Of a stretch of 64,000 nt of DNA, positions 10,228-18,694 are shown piece by piece. Within the stretch, counting starts at the first letter, position 1. Every line of letters begins with the position of its first letter. A model generated the notes under the pieces. That model was given only the letters and a program-made list of their open reading frames with translations. It was not told where the DNA came from and searched no databases. The DNA is from Aureliella sp. (GTDB lineage Bacteria; Planctomycetota; Planctomycetia; Pirellulales; Pirellulaceae). The stretch spans positions 2,080,001-2,144,000 of the forward strand of contig OY829846.1 of assembly GCA_963691875.1 (NCBI GenBank), written 5' to 3'. The translations under genes and the position numbers were made by a program.

Positions 10228-11083
10228 GTTGCTTGTTGTTGCTCGTCCACTCAGCGAGCCCAGCTCCTCCAAAGTATCGCAACACGAGTAGAACAACGAT
10301 GGCCATGGCAACCATGATGAGCGATACGGCTACAGCTGCGTCTAACTGGCCGATACTCAGTTCCAGAAAAACCGTTACTGAGAGTACCTCGGTACGGAAT
10401 CTCGTTGATCCAGCAAAAACCATAATTGGCCCGAACTCGCCCAGAGCACGAGCCCAACTGATCGTCGCGGCCGTGATGATGCCTTGTCGTGCCTGTGGTA
10501 AAGCTACTTTCAGAAAGGCTTGCGCTCGGGAGCACCCGAGCGTACGAGCGACATCCTCGGCCCGGGGATTAATCTGCTCAAAGGTCACTCGCATTGTGCG
10601 GACTGCAAACGCGCATGAGACCGCAAATTGCGCCAACACCACGGCCGGCCAGTTGAAAGTGATCTCGAGCCGGAGAGTATCCCGAAGCCATTGATCCAAA
10701 TTGGTATCGCCTATTGGAAGGTGGAAGAGGATCAGAAGACTCAAGCCGAGAACCAGCGGCGGCAGAACGATTGGGATGTCGACGATAGTGTCCACGATCC
10801 ATCTGCCTGGGAATTTGAAACGCGCCAGCAGATAAGCTAAGGGAGTTGCCACCACGACCGAAAGAATGGCTGCTAGCGTGCAAGTTATTAGAGTCAGTCG
10901 GAAAGCTGCTTGCACTTCAGGTTTCCTGACAGCAGTCCAAAAGTCGTCGACGGATGTGTAAAGCAGATCTGCGATCAGGAGCAGCACAATTAACAAGATG
11001 AAGCTCGCAGAGATTCCTCCCATCACCAGGAAGAACCCCCAATCGCCGCTTTGCTTGTGCCTCTGCCCACTCAAATGATTCAC
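10220..11083 (-). CDS. ABC transporter permease (ModB/CysT-like)
   Basis: DIPIVLPPLVLG, EAA loop (EDVARTLG) and WARALGEFG motifs. Confidence 0.9.
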   Translation of the reverse strand: MNHLSGQRHKQSGDWGFFLVMGGISASFILLIVLLLIADLLYTSVDDFWTAVRKPEVQAAFRLTLITCTLAAILSVVVATPLAYLLARFKFPGRWIVDTIVDIPIVLPPLVLGLSLLILFHLPIGDTNLDQWLRDTLRLEITFNWPAVVLAQFAVSCAFAVRTMRVTFEQINPRAEDVARTLGCSRAQAFLKVALPQARQGIITAATISWARALGEFGPIMVFAGSTRFRTEVLSVTVFLELSIGQLDAAVAVSLIMVAMAIVVLLVLRYFGGAGLAEWTSNNKQHD

Positions 11084-11198
11084 GACCTTACGAGGACCAT
11101 TCCTGCGACCGAATCACGATCGTACCATCACCCATCCGAACAATTCTCATTGTAGCTACCGTCGAGCCTCAGGACAGCTGGCAACATGCTAAGCAGCA

Positions 11199-11543
11199 CT
11201 AACCTGGAGGCCAACTCAACGCGCGTCCACCAAGGATGTGATAGTGCAGGTGGTCAACTGACTGCCCACCATTCCTGCCACAATTCACCACCACACGATA
11301 CCCGTCTTCAGCTAGGCCCAACTGCCGAGCGACCTTTTGGATCGTTAGCCAAAGATGCCCGACGAGCTCCGCATCCTCCGGGGCGATGTCTTCGATATTC
11401 TCGATAGGCTTCTTCGGAATTACAAGCACATGCGTCGGCGCTTGCGGGGAAACATCATGGAACGCCAGACAATGCTCATCTTCGTGTACGACGTTAGCTG
11501 GAATTTCCTTGCGGATGATTTTTGAGAAGATGGTCTCAGCCAT
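11199..11543 (-). CDS. HIT-family nucleotide-binding protein (HinT-like)
   Basis: [26 protein letters not shown] histidine triad, WPPG C-terminus. Confidence 0.93.
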   Translation of the reverse strand: MAETIFSKIIRKEIPANVVHEDEHCLAFHDVSPQAPTHVLVIPKKPIENIEDIAPEDAELVGHLWLTIQKVARQLGLAEDGYRVVVNCGRNGGQSVDHLHYHILGGRALSWPPG

Positions 11544-11748
11544 GTCATTTCCCTCGAGCGAGTGAGTAGCACGCAAGATGCTGCAAGATCCGTCGTTCAT
11601 TTTGACGAATGTCGACGAATTGCCCAAGGGGTTCTGTATTGGCCCGCTATCCCAACAAAATGCACATCGCAAAACGAATGGTGCTCCCAGGGGAGCCACC
11701 TCGAGGTAAGCCGACCGTCGAAATTAGATTATTGCTTTCACCGATTCC

Positions 11749-12807
11749 CTAGCTTCGCCGACGGCGGACGAGCAGGCCAAGTCCGAATAGGCCCAAGATT
11801 CCAATTGAAGATGGCTCTGGAACTGCAGCAAAACTCCAGCCAATGATGTCGAAGGCTTGGATGTCCAGCTCCGTCACAACATTTAGATTTCCAGCAGGCG
11901 CTGCAGTGGGATCCATGATCCCGAGTCCAAGCCCATCACGCCAGTGACTAGCCTGACGCCCATCACCATTGCGAACGCCGCGTGAAAAGTGGTCTACCCC
12001 AGGCGCGCCAGCCGTCGCGCCACCATCAATCGAGAAGAACTTAGCACGGTTATCAGCAGTAAAGTCTAAGTCCGCTCCCGCGGCCAAACTATCAGCAGAA
12101 TGCCTTGTGAAATCCATCGAGCTGACAAAGGTGAATAGATTGTCGTTAAAAGGTCCGCTATTTGGAGGCGAGTTAAAGTCGAGAATATCAACGCCACTGA
12201 TGAAGCCCATTGCATGCCCTAACTCATGAATTGCAACACCGACAAAATCAATCTCGCCACTGTCGATGCCATCCGATGGATCGAAATCAAAGGCAAAGGC
12301 ACTGTTGAACGTGATCGCTGTATCCTCACCGCCGAGGTTTCCATTGATCAGGCCCAGGGCTTTGGCGTTGGCTCGAGTGATCCGTACGGAAGTGTTGTTC
12401 GCTCCACCGTCATTGTCGAGGTAGGGGTTTGCGCCGTTGGTGCCAGTTGCTTCTGATGTCCGATTAATGAACACGTCGAACGAAGAACCGATTGGGAGAT
12501 TGGCGACCATAGTGGCATCATCCGCTGAACTAGCATCATCGGCCATCGCATTGCGAAAATCGTCGTAGTCGATCAAGCTTCGCTGCGATCCAGCCTGCCC
12601 AAGAATGGATCCTCCCAGATTGCTGAAGCCAGCTGTCACGTTGACGGTGACATCATCTTCGAAGATGCCAGACCAGAAAGCTGCAGCCTGTGCGAAACCT
12701 GCATCGGCTTCGGCGTTCCCAGTCGACGTGATGTTGAAAGTTAAATCGGCACGCACCTGGCCCGCCACAGCGATTGCCAGCAGGGCGAAAATTGGGAGGC
12801 TTCGCAT
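11749..12807 (-). CDS. Secreted zinc-metalloprotease-like protein with PEP-CTERM sorting signal
   Basis: Signal peptide, HELGHAMG (HExxH), ASHW, and C-terminal VPEPSS + TM + RRRR. Confidence 0.88.
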   Translation of the reverse strand: MRSLPIFALLAIAVAGQVRADLTFNITSTGNAEADAGFAQAAAFWSGIFEDDVTVNVTAGFSNLGGSILGQAGSQRSLIDYDDFRNAMADDASSADDATMVANLPIGSSFDVFINRTSEATGTNGANPYLDNDGGANNTSVRITRANAKALGLINGNLGGEDTAITFNSAFAFDFDPSDGIDSGEIDFVGVAIHELGHAMGFISGVDILDFNSPPNSGPFNDNLFTFVSSMDFTRHSADSLAAGADLDFTADNRAKFFSIDGGATAGAPGVDHFSRGVRNGDGRQASHWRDGLGLGIMDPTAAPAGNLNVVTELDIQAFDIIGWSFAAVPEPSSIGILGLFGLGLLVRRRRS

Positions 12808-13128
12808 GATTCTTACTAGAGGGAAGGACTAAAAAATTTCAAGGGATTCCGGCTGAACCCAGAATAAATTCCACACTGATTCTTGACGAAGAAAAATCAA
12901 GATTTTGCGATTATTCTTGCAAATTTGGTCCACCCAAGTGGAGGGGTTTAAAGTCAAAAGAGCTCCCCTTTAGTCCCGGGGGCTTACAAGCGGCCACCGA
13001 AATGGGGGCTCAACGTCTTTCGAGGCCTCAGCAATCTGACTTAGAATAAGGCTTCATTTCTTATTTCTTATAAGTCTGAGAAAACAATATTCATCAGCAC
13101 TTCACCTATCCCAAAGCTTTTACCAACC

Positions 13129-14376
13129 ATGGGCTTTTCCGCACAAGAAGTCGTTCAACTCCGATCTCTATTTCCAGCTCTGTCTCGCAGAGACGCGGAT
13201 CGGGAAGCCGTTTTCTTAGATGGCCCGGCTGGCACTCAGGTTTCTCAGCAAGTTATTGACGCGATTTCGGATTACCTGACTCGATGCAATGCCAACGAGG
13301 ATGGAGTCTTTGCGACGAGCATCGAAAGTGATCAGGCCCTGGACAGCGCTCACGCTTCCGTGGCAACTTTTCTTGGTGCTGACGACCCAAACTGTGTTAC
13401 CTTCGGTCCTAACATGACCACGCTAACGCTGTCATTGGCTCGATGCCTATCCAAGTCTTGGAAGCCTGGCGACGAGATTCTCTTATCTGGCTTAGAACAC
13501 GATGCCAACTACACTCCTTGGCGTCAGGCAGCAGAGGATGCAGGAGCAACTGTTCGAGTCGTGGAAGTCGACGCCAAGAATTGCACGCTGAAACAAGACG
13601 ATTTCCGATCAAAACTCAATGAAAAGACGAAATTCGTAGCGGTTGGCTGTGCCTCGAACGCCGCTGGCACCGTGAATCCAGTAGCAAGCATGTGTGCAGC
13701 AGCAAAGCATTTTGGTGCTTTGACATTCTTAGATGCAGTTCACTATGCCCCACACGACGTAATAGACGTGAACGCTTTCGGCTGTGATTTCTTGGCTTGC
13801 AGCGCATACAAGTTTTTTGGACCGCACGTCGGTATTATGTGGGGACGCCGCGAGTTGCTCGAAGGCTTGCAGCCCTACAAGTTACGTCCCTCACCAGAAG
13901 ATTTGCCAGGACGCTGGATGACGGGGACTCAGAATCACGAATGCATTATGGGTACCAAGGCAGCGATTGACTATATTGGTAGTATTGGTCGCAGCGAAGA
14001 TAGCTCAGCCGAAACCACACGAGAGGACTTGGTGAATGCCTTTTCTCGCATTCGCCAATATGAAAAAGAACTATGCGATCGCTTACTTGATGGGCTATCA
14101 GCGATTCCTGAAGTCAAAGTTTGGGGTATTACAGATCCCGCCGAGCGAGAGCAACGTGTACCGACGGTTTCGGTCACTCATACTCGTTATACGTCGGTTG
14201 AATTGGCCAAACGACTGGCCAAGAAAGGCATCTATGCCTGGCACGGAAATTACTATGCCTTGCCGCTAACAGAACGTATCGGTGTCGAGCCTGACGGAAT
14301 GGTGCGTCTTGGACTCGTCCACTACAACACAGCTGAAGAAGTCGAATACCTACTGGCCCAGTTGGCGACGTGCTAA
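13129..14376 (+). CDS. Cysteine desulfurase-like PLP aminotransferase class V protein
   Basis: FLDGPAGTQ, HDAN, DAVHYAPH, CSAYKFFGPHVG (PLP Lys) and VRLGLVHYNT motifs. Confidence 0.9.
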   Translation: MGFSAQEVVQLRSLFPALSRRDADREAVFLDGPAGTQVSQQVIDAISDYLTRCNANEDGVFATSIESDQALDSAHASVATFLGADDPNCVTFGPNMTTLTLSLARCLSKSWKPGDEILLSGLEHDANYTPWRQAAEDAGATVRVVEVDAKNCTLKQDDFRSKLNEKTKFVAVGCASNAAGTVNPVASMCAAAKHFGALTFLDAVHYAPHDVIDVNAFGCDFLACSAYKFFGPHVGIMWGRRELLEGLQPYKLRPSPEDLPGRWMTGTQNHECIMGTKAAIDYIGSIGRSEDSSAETTREDLVNAFSRIRQYEKELCDRLLDGLSAIPEVKVWGITDPAEREQRVPTVSVTHTRYTSVELAKRLAKKGIYAWHGNYYALPLTERIGVEPDGMVRLGLVHYNTAEEVEYLLAQLATC

Positions 14377-14526
14377 CCACTGTTGTTAGTGCGTAAAAAC
14401 TCATCTATTTCTCAGCATCATTGTTTTGCGTCGTCGCCTGAAAGCCGATACACAATCAGCAGCGTCGTACAACTTACGACATGCAGATTGGCGAGCCGCA
14501 AGATGGGATCAAGGAGCTGAGTAATC

Positions 14527-15375
14527 ATGGCCGGAAGAACAGACTTGAGTTTTGATATTGATGCGTTGTTTGATCACATGACTAACAACTTGAATCATGC
14601 TCTTGACGACACCAAGGACTGGAATTTCACTCTACGCTCCCACGATCTGAGTGCTCTCCAAGAAGTCGCTAAAGAGCTGCAATCAGAATTCATCGTGCAG
14701 CTACAGGAAACCGTCGAAGAGATTAGCTTGGATGGTCAAGTCTCAGTGGGCGAACCGATGTTGTCGGTCAGCCAACAAGCGGCATTGTCTGTAGAGCAAG
14801 TCAAAAGTGTTGCCTCCCGTATGGAAACGATCGCGCAAGATCGCGGATTTCAGTACGAGGGCGTCGAGTGCTACGAGCCAGTTGACGGTGACGAAGTATT
14901 CGGCTGGCTTGAACCGGACGACGCAAGTTGGCGTTTGCGGCACATGACCGATTGCGGCCTGGAGGACAATGCTCCTCTGCCCTGGGCTTTCCTGATAGTA
15001 ACTCAAACGGCAGAATCGGTCGCCAAACTTTGGGACTCTTTGGCAGACAACGAGTTTGAGGACCGCGATGACTATGGCGAGCCTGATGACGAGGGGAACT
15101 ATGGCAGCTGCGTCTTTGTCGATGGACAAAACAACGAGTCTGAGCTGCTCGCAACGCTCGAATCGATTAAAAACATAGCAGAATCGGTTGGCGGAAGATT
15201 GTCAGGAGTCCAGTTTTATTCGCGCGAAGATCTGGCGGAATTCTTCGATACGGAGTACGTCAACGATGAATTCGGCGACGACTTAAATCTTATTGCCGAA
15301 GACGACTCAATCGAAGAACTCAGGCAGGCCGATGAGGGAAACGAAAAATTGCGTCGGTCGCCACCGATGTCGTGA
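14527..15375 (+). CDS. Acidic hypothetical protein with two tandem repeats, possibly RraB-like domains
   Basis: Internal duplication: HMTNNLNHALDDTKDWNF...METIAQDRGFQYEGVE versus HMTDCGLEDNAPLPWAF...IKNIAESVGGRLSGVQ. Confidence 0.6.
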   Translation: MAGRTDLSFDIDALFDHMTNNLNHALDDTKDWNFTLRSHDLSALQEVAKELQSEFIVQLQETVEEISLDGQVSVGEPMLSVSQQAALSVEQVKSVASRMETIAQDRGFQYEGVECYEPVDGDEVFGWLEPDDASWRLRHMTDCGLEDNAPLPWAFLIVTQTAESVAKLWDSLADNEFEDRDDYGEPDDEGNYGSCVFVDGQNNESELLATLESIKNIAESVGGRLSGVQFYSREDLAEFFDTEYVNDEFGDDLNLIAEDDSIEELRQADEGNEKLRRSPPMS

Positions 15376-15453
15376 AGCGCGTTGGAGCCAACTCGAAATT
15401 TTTGCCTCAGATCAAGTGATGTAGATTTTCGGTTAGATGGTGTAGATTTTTGG

Positions 15454-15726
15454 TTAGAGAATCGCAATTGCCTCGCCGGGCACCAAACATGGTATCCCGT
15501 CGCGTATGGGATAGAGGTAGGTGCCTGATTGGTTGACCAGTCCACCCTCAAATGTTTCCGAAACCTGAATGCCCAGTCTGCAGACCAGAATTCCATTTTC
15601 TTGATCGGCCTGCAACCGCTCCACGACCGAATTCTCAGCAAGGGACAGATCTTCTTGCGTGACTGGACAGCGAATGCACGCAAGCATCCATGCAGGAAAG
15701 CCAGTTCCAAGTTCAATCGAACTCAT
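15454..15726 (-). CDS. Trm112-like protein
   Basis: CIRCPVTQEDL...YPIRDGIPCLVPGEAI pattern. Start overlaps the upstream stop. Confidence 0.8.
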   Translation of the reverse strand: MSSIELGTGFPAWMLACIRCPVTQEDLSLAENSVVERLQADQENGILVCRLGIQVSETFEGGLVNQSGTYLYPIRDGIPCLVPGEAIAIL

Positions 15727-16901
15727 CCATGTCCTTTTATTACGGCGATGCAGTCGCTTGCTTTCGAATGATGGCCACTCGCAACAAAAGAGCGTGCTAG
15801 CGCGAGCCCAGATAGTTGCTCAGCGCAAAATGGAACTGCGTTTCCCGGACTCGGGGCATCAGTAAATAATTGCTCCTCGATGCTCCTGAGCAATTCTTGG
15901 ATTCCAGGCTGCCCCACACAACTAGCCAAAGTTGAGGGCAAACGACCGTCACCGGCAATCGGTTCCATGCGAGCTTTATCCATCTTATTCCAACAAACTA
16001 GGCGCCGCACGTCTACCGACGCAAGTTCATCGTGGATCGGCTGCCACCCTTGGGTCGCGTCGACCACAAGGACCAACAAATCGGAAGAATGCACCAACTC
16101 TTTTGCTTTGTTGACTCCAGCCGTCTCAATCTCATCCTCGCTCTGTCGAATTCCAGCCGTGTCAGTGAGTTGCACCGGCCAGCCGCCAATGACCGCGCCT
16201 GACTCAGTCCAGTCGCGAGTGGTGCCTGGTTGATCATGCACAATCAGTTTTTCCTGTCCGACCAAGGCGTTGATCAAGCTACTTTTGCCGACGTTGGGCG
16301 GACCAGCCAAAACGATTCGCCAGCCACGGCATAGATGCTGGCCAAACTCACCCGCTGCAATCAACGAGTCTATTTCTCGCAGGATCGGCTCCTGATCAGC
16401 TGCGGACTGGGCAACCGCAGCACTTTTCAGCAACTCCTCCAACCCTTCGAGAGCTGCACCCAAGACGCCGTTAAGCTGATCCAGCAGGACGCTCGCAGCA
16501 AGATCTGTGGGAGCTTCTTGTAGTGCCCTCTCGGCCTGAACACTGGGGCTACCCACCAAGTCGGAAGGCCATTCCTGTGCAGAGATGCGCTTTGCACCTC
16601 TGTCGACCATCTCTTGCAAGAGTGCTTCGCAAATGGCTTTTCCACCGTGGCAGTGGACTTCGACTTGCAATTCGGAGCTGCGGCAAATGACAACTTGCTC
16701 TTCGCCCGTCGAATCAGAAGCAGCGGACCAAGTTGCGTAATAGACGCGCATCTCTGCGAGTTGCTGGCGTTTGCCGCCCGGAACAGGAAACTGAAACATC
16801 GAAGTGATGATTTCAATCGCTCTCGGACCGCGAATCGCGAGAGTCGCAATGCCTGCTGGAATCTGCGGAGTGAGTTGACAGACGAGAGTCTCAGGATTCA
16901 T
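15723..16901 (-). CDS. MnmE/TrmE-like GTPase lacking the canonical C-terminal FCxGK
   Basis: TrmE N-terminal EVHCHGG; G1 GPPNVGKS, G2 PGTTRD, G3 DTAG, G4 NKMD. Confidence 0.85.
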   Translation of the reverse strand: MNPETLVCQLTPQIPAGIATLAIRGPRAIEIITSMFQFPVPGGKRQQLAEMRVYYATWSAASDSTGEEQVVICRSSELQVEVHCHGGKAICEALLQEMVDRGAKRISAQEWPSDLVGSPSVQAERALQEAPTDLAASVLLDQLNGVLGAALEGLEELLKSAAVAQSAADQEPILREIDSLIAAGEFGQHLCRGWRIVLAGPPNVGKSSLINALVGQEKLIVHDQPGTTRDWTESGAVIGGWPVQLTDTAGIRQSEDEIETAGVNKAKELVHSSDLLVLVVDATQGWQPIHDELASVDVRRLVCWNKMDKARMEPIAGDGRLPSTLASCVGQPGIQELLRSIEEQLFTDAPSPGNAVPFCAEQLSGLALARSFVASGHHSKASDCIAVIKGHG

Positions 16902-18687
16902 GCTCTTGCAAATTCAAAAGAAACTCAGCTTGGCCAAGCAATTGGTCGTCAAAATCGAGCCGAATCACTTTCTCAGCCTGCAACTTGGCAATGACTTCAT
17001 CGTGCTCTGCAACAATCTGTTTGGCGACTCTGCGGATGCGACTTCGATTCAGCAAAAACGTTAGCACCACCATGCAATAAATAGCCAGTGGCAAAATCGA
17101 CAGAATCAGACTTGTAAAGAACAGCCCAGCCGGGGGTTGCGGGAAGTCCCCTACAGTCGTCCCTACACCCGTCATTGCGTTGTAACAAGCCAAGAAGTAG
17201 TCGCGATAAACTACGAAGATGGGACCGGACATCAGCAACCAAAAGATCGCGGTTCCAATGAGCGCTAAGAATTGGATGACAAAGCCGTTGGTGGCGTTGC
17301 GATCAATCGCACGATCAAAAATCGATTGCGACTGCGTTTGTAATTCTTCGATGCCGGACAGCCTCATGCCCGCCGAGTCAGCTTCCTCTCTGGAGCGGTC
17401 CATTCGAGGCCGCAACTTCATCACGGCACGATGAAATTGGTTGCACAAGGGACGCAATCGTTCTTCTACTTGATCCTGAGTCCGCCGTCGAATTCCGTCA
17501 CTGATTTCCGAATTGACTTCGCGATTCTGCCGAACCGTCTTTGCCCAAGATGCAAGTGCACCAAAAAGACTTGGAACACTTCCGGTCATCGCTAGGATCA
17601 CACGATCCCAAGCTCCTTGGGTCAAACTGAGCGTCGACATCACGGTGCGATAGGGAAACCAAAGCAGTGAAGTATCACTGACCAAGCGAGCCCGAAGACG
17701 AAGGCGAACTCCAGTCTCAAGAACCGATTCGCTTCCGAGCAAACTAGCTAGAACGCGGCCGGGAACTTGCTCCGTTTCACGATTCAACTCTGCCACGGCG
17801 CCAGAAAGCTGTGGCAGCTCTTCACCTATCATCTCAGCGACATCTTGCTTCAGCCTTTGATTGGCTGCCAATATTCGACGATCTCGCGTTGAGCTAAGCG
17901 TCATATCGGTGATGCCAAGATCATTGATCCGATCCAACACTGCTGTGCGAAAGACTTCGCCTGAAGCTTGCTCGTCGCCGGAGATCTCAAAGTCTGGCAC
18001 AAGCACTTCCTTGCTAAGCACCGCCTTAGGAGCCATAACCTGAAGCTGATCGCGCAGTGCCCGTAGATCTTCCTGTAGCGTGGCGTACGACACCGCTCCC
18101 GGCAGCTCCTCTGGCTCAACGGAACTGACAACTGGAATGCACACAGATCCATCAATTTGCTCTGCGATGCTCAGGTTCGCCGCTGCCCGTAGCTGGTCAC
18201 GAGCAACAACGAATAACTTGATCGGAGCAAGTGACAGCGCTTCCTTCGCAAGTCTTGCAGCGCGATGATTGGCGTCCGTCAGTCCTGGCGTGTCGAGGAT
18301 CACATACGGCTGACCAATGTGCAGCAGCTCTTCGGTAGGACAGGGATGATAAATCTCTTGGCTGGGATCCAAGTTCTCTGGAGCAATCGGTCCGACCCAG
18401 ACCAAGCGCGTCGTAGCATCGTCGATTAAGTCGCCCGAGCGGAGTTTCTTCTGTATGTTCTCTGCTCGAACAAATTGCCGCGCTGACCAAGTCTTGCCTT
18501 GGCCCTTTGCACCCACGATGGCAATCAATAGCGAGTCGATTCCGCGCCCAGTTTGAATGTTCTCTAAGTCGCAGCGGAAGCGATCGCAGGCACTCGAAAC
18601 CAACTGCGAAATCGACGACTCGCCAAAAACCGCCTGGGTCGATTCTGAGATTCGTCTCGCAAATACTAGATTGGGTACACTCATCAC
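16891..18687 (-). CDS. Dynamin-like/TRAFAC GTPase-domain membrane protein (598 aa)
   Basis: G1 GAKGQGKT and G3 DTPG, a long helical middle region, two C-terminal TM segments. Confidence 0.72.
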   Translation of the reverse strand: MMSVPNLVFARRISESTQAVFGESSISQLVSSACDRFRCDLENIQTGRGIDSLLIAIVGAKGQGKTWSARQFVRAENIQKKLRSGDLIDDATTRLVWVGPIAPENLDPSQEIYHPCPTEELLHIGQPYVILDTPGLTDANHRAARLAKEALSLAPIKLFVVARDQLRAAANLSIAEQIDGSVCIPVVSSVEPEELPGAVSYATLQEDLRALRDQLQVMAPKAVLSKEVLVPDFEISGDEQASGEVFRTAVLDRINDLGITDMTLSSTRDRRILAANQRLKQDVAEMIGEELPQLSGAVAELNRETEQVPGRVLASLLGSESVLETGVRLRLRARLVSDTSLLWFPYRTVMSTLSLTQGAWDRVILAMTGSVPSLFGALASWAKTVRQNREVNSEISDGIRRRTQDQVEERLRPLCNQFHRAVMKLRPRMDRSREEADSAGMRLSGIEELQTQSQSIFDRAIDRNATNGFVIQFLALIGTAIFWLLMSGPIFVVYRDYFLACYNAMTGVGTTVGDFPQPPAGLFFTSLILSILPLAIYCMVVLTFLLNRSRIRRVAKQIVAEHDEVIAKLQAEKVIRLDFDDQLLGQAEFLLNLQEHES

Positions 18688-18694
18688 ACCAGGC

